The position numbers and the translations under genes are program-made. Below, piece by piece: positions 62,885 to 64,000 of a DNA stretch of 64,000 bases. Each line of letters opens with the position of its first letter. Position 1 is the stretch's first letter. Origin of the DNA: Felis catus (Eukaryota); NCBI RefSeq assembly GCF_018350175.1, contig NC_058368.1, positions 228,720,001-228,784,000 of the forward strand, written 5' to 3'. Under the pieces are notes generated by a model. It made no database searches, was not told the origin of the DNA, and saw nothing but the letters and a program-made list of their open reading frames with translations.

Positions 62885-64000
62885 ATTTTCTGTTTTATTT
62901 ATTGACACTATATCATTGTGAAATGAGCTAGATCATTGGATTCTTAGCTCTTGCAGGTGTTAGATACCCAAACTTGCATTAGTAACTTAATCTTTCTGAG
63001 ACTCAGCTTTTAATCTGCAAAATTTAGTTAATTTAGTTTTTAAAAATGCAAGTTGTCACTTTACTATGTAATAGTATTGAGGATTTAACAAAGAAAATGG
63101 TTGGGAAGATGCTGTATAAAATATGTAGCACTGAAAAAAAAATATATGCTATGATAATTTTCACCAAAATGTTTTGAAACTCCAGACTGAAACATGGCAT
63201 TCACACAGAAACTGTAATGACTGCAGTCATATTTGATGGGTTAAAGTCCCTGTGAAATATGTCTGGGTTTATACATCTCTTCAAAGTTACTTTTCTAGCC
63301 GTGATGCTGATTTGATAGAGAAGTTAGATGCACCAGGTACTTGACATACACTTCAAGAATTAGTGGGGAAACGTGAGTTCACAAAGGATACTAGAAGCTG
63401 TAACCTAGAGGTAGGAGGGACCCCAAGAAAGTTTATTGTCACATAGGCTGGGAGATGGGAGTATCACTTGGAGGCAATCAACAGTGTTAAAGCAGAGAGA
63501 GAGAGAGAGAGAGATCACATGAGAAATATGGAAAGGGCACAGTGCTGCTAAGTTAGATCACTTCTTTTGAAGCTCCGGCTAGATATCCTACAGCAGTAAG
63601 GAGAGAGAGGAGTGAATGGAAAATGATAATGATAAACTGATGACTACATTTTTCAGTGTAGGCATGGGTACTCAGAAAATAGTACTCATTGCATATTTTA
63701 TTATTATTATTATTGTTATTGCTATGGTTATATTATTGAAATGCAACAACCACATTTTCTCAAGCCCTTTGATAAGTTCTTCCAATACTAACTCTTCTAG
63801 TAAAATGCTGCTCATTCTCCAAAAGCTGGGTATTATCAAACCAATGAAAATTGCCCAGGAAAATGGGACTATTCACCTGACAGGGCCAGAGTGTACAAGT
63901 TCAGACTGCCAGTGGTTCTTGCTGCCCACTTCTTGAAAACTCACTTGGCCTGAAACTTTTGGTTTCTTCAAAATGGATTTCCAGTATGCTGGCCAGTATT

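Noticed and set aside
63616..63936. 106-aa ORF with a hydrophobic stretch
   Set aside because: The hydrophobic run comes from an (ATT)n repeat, with no other support.

Overview
AT-rich, repeat-dense mammalian DNA. tRNA-derived CanSINEs point to a carnivore, and the provirus points to a domestic-cat-lineage felid. I cannot support any host protein-coding gene. The main feature is a very young gammaretroviral provirus on the minus strand (40098-48002, 7905 bp), resembling feline ERV-DC and the RD-114/BaEV gag-pol lineage. It has two 550-bp LTRs that are identical by eye, a CTTG target-site duplication (TSD), a perfect tRNA-Gly primer-binding site (PBS), and open gag and pro-pol frames. An internal frameshifting deletion in env leaves a 333-aa protein (signal peptide, receptor-binding domain, proline-rich region) with no TM subunit, the architecture of soluble Env-derived factors such as Refrex-1 and FeLIX. 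The provirus also has a mismatch in stem 2 of its gag-pol readthrough pseudoknot and a glyco-Gag-like leader. An older mosaic class I ERV begins 656 bp away in the opposite orientation (48659-56659, TSD TCCT). It has ERV9/HERV-W-like gag and integrase remnants, no recognisable RT, and an ERV3/HERV-E-like env, and it carries a nested solo LTR and a young SINE. The rest is further solo LTRs, MaLR/ERVL LTRs, L1 and hAT fragments, nested or inverted SINEs and microsatellites, plus a perfect 33-bp inverted repeat at 62811-62884. Family names come from recalled motifs, not database searches.
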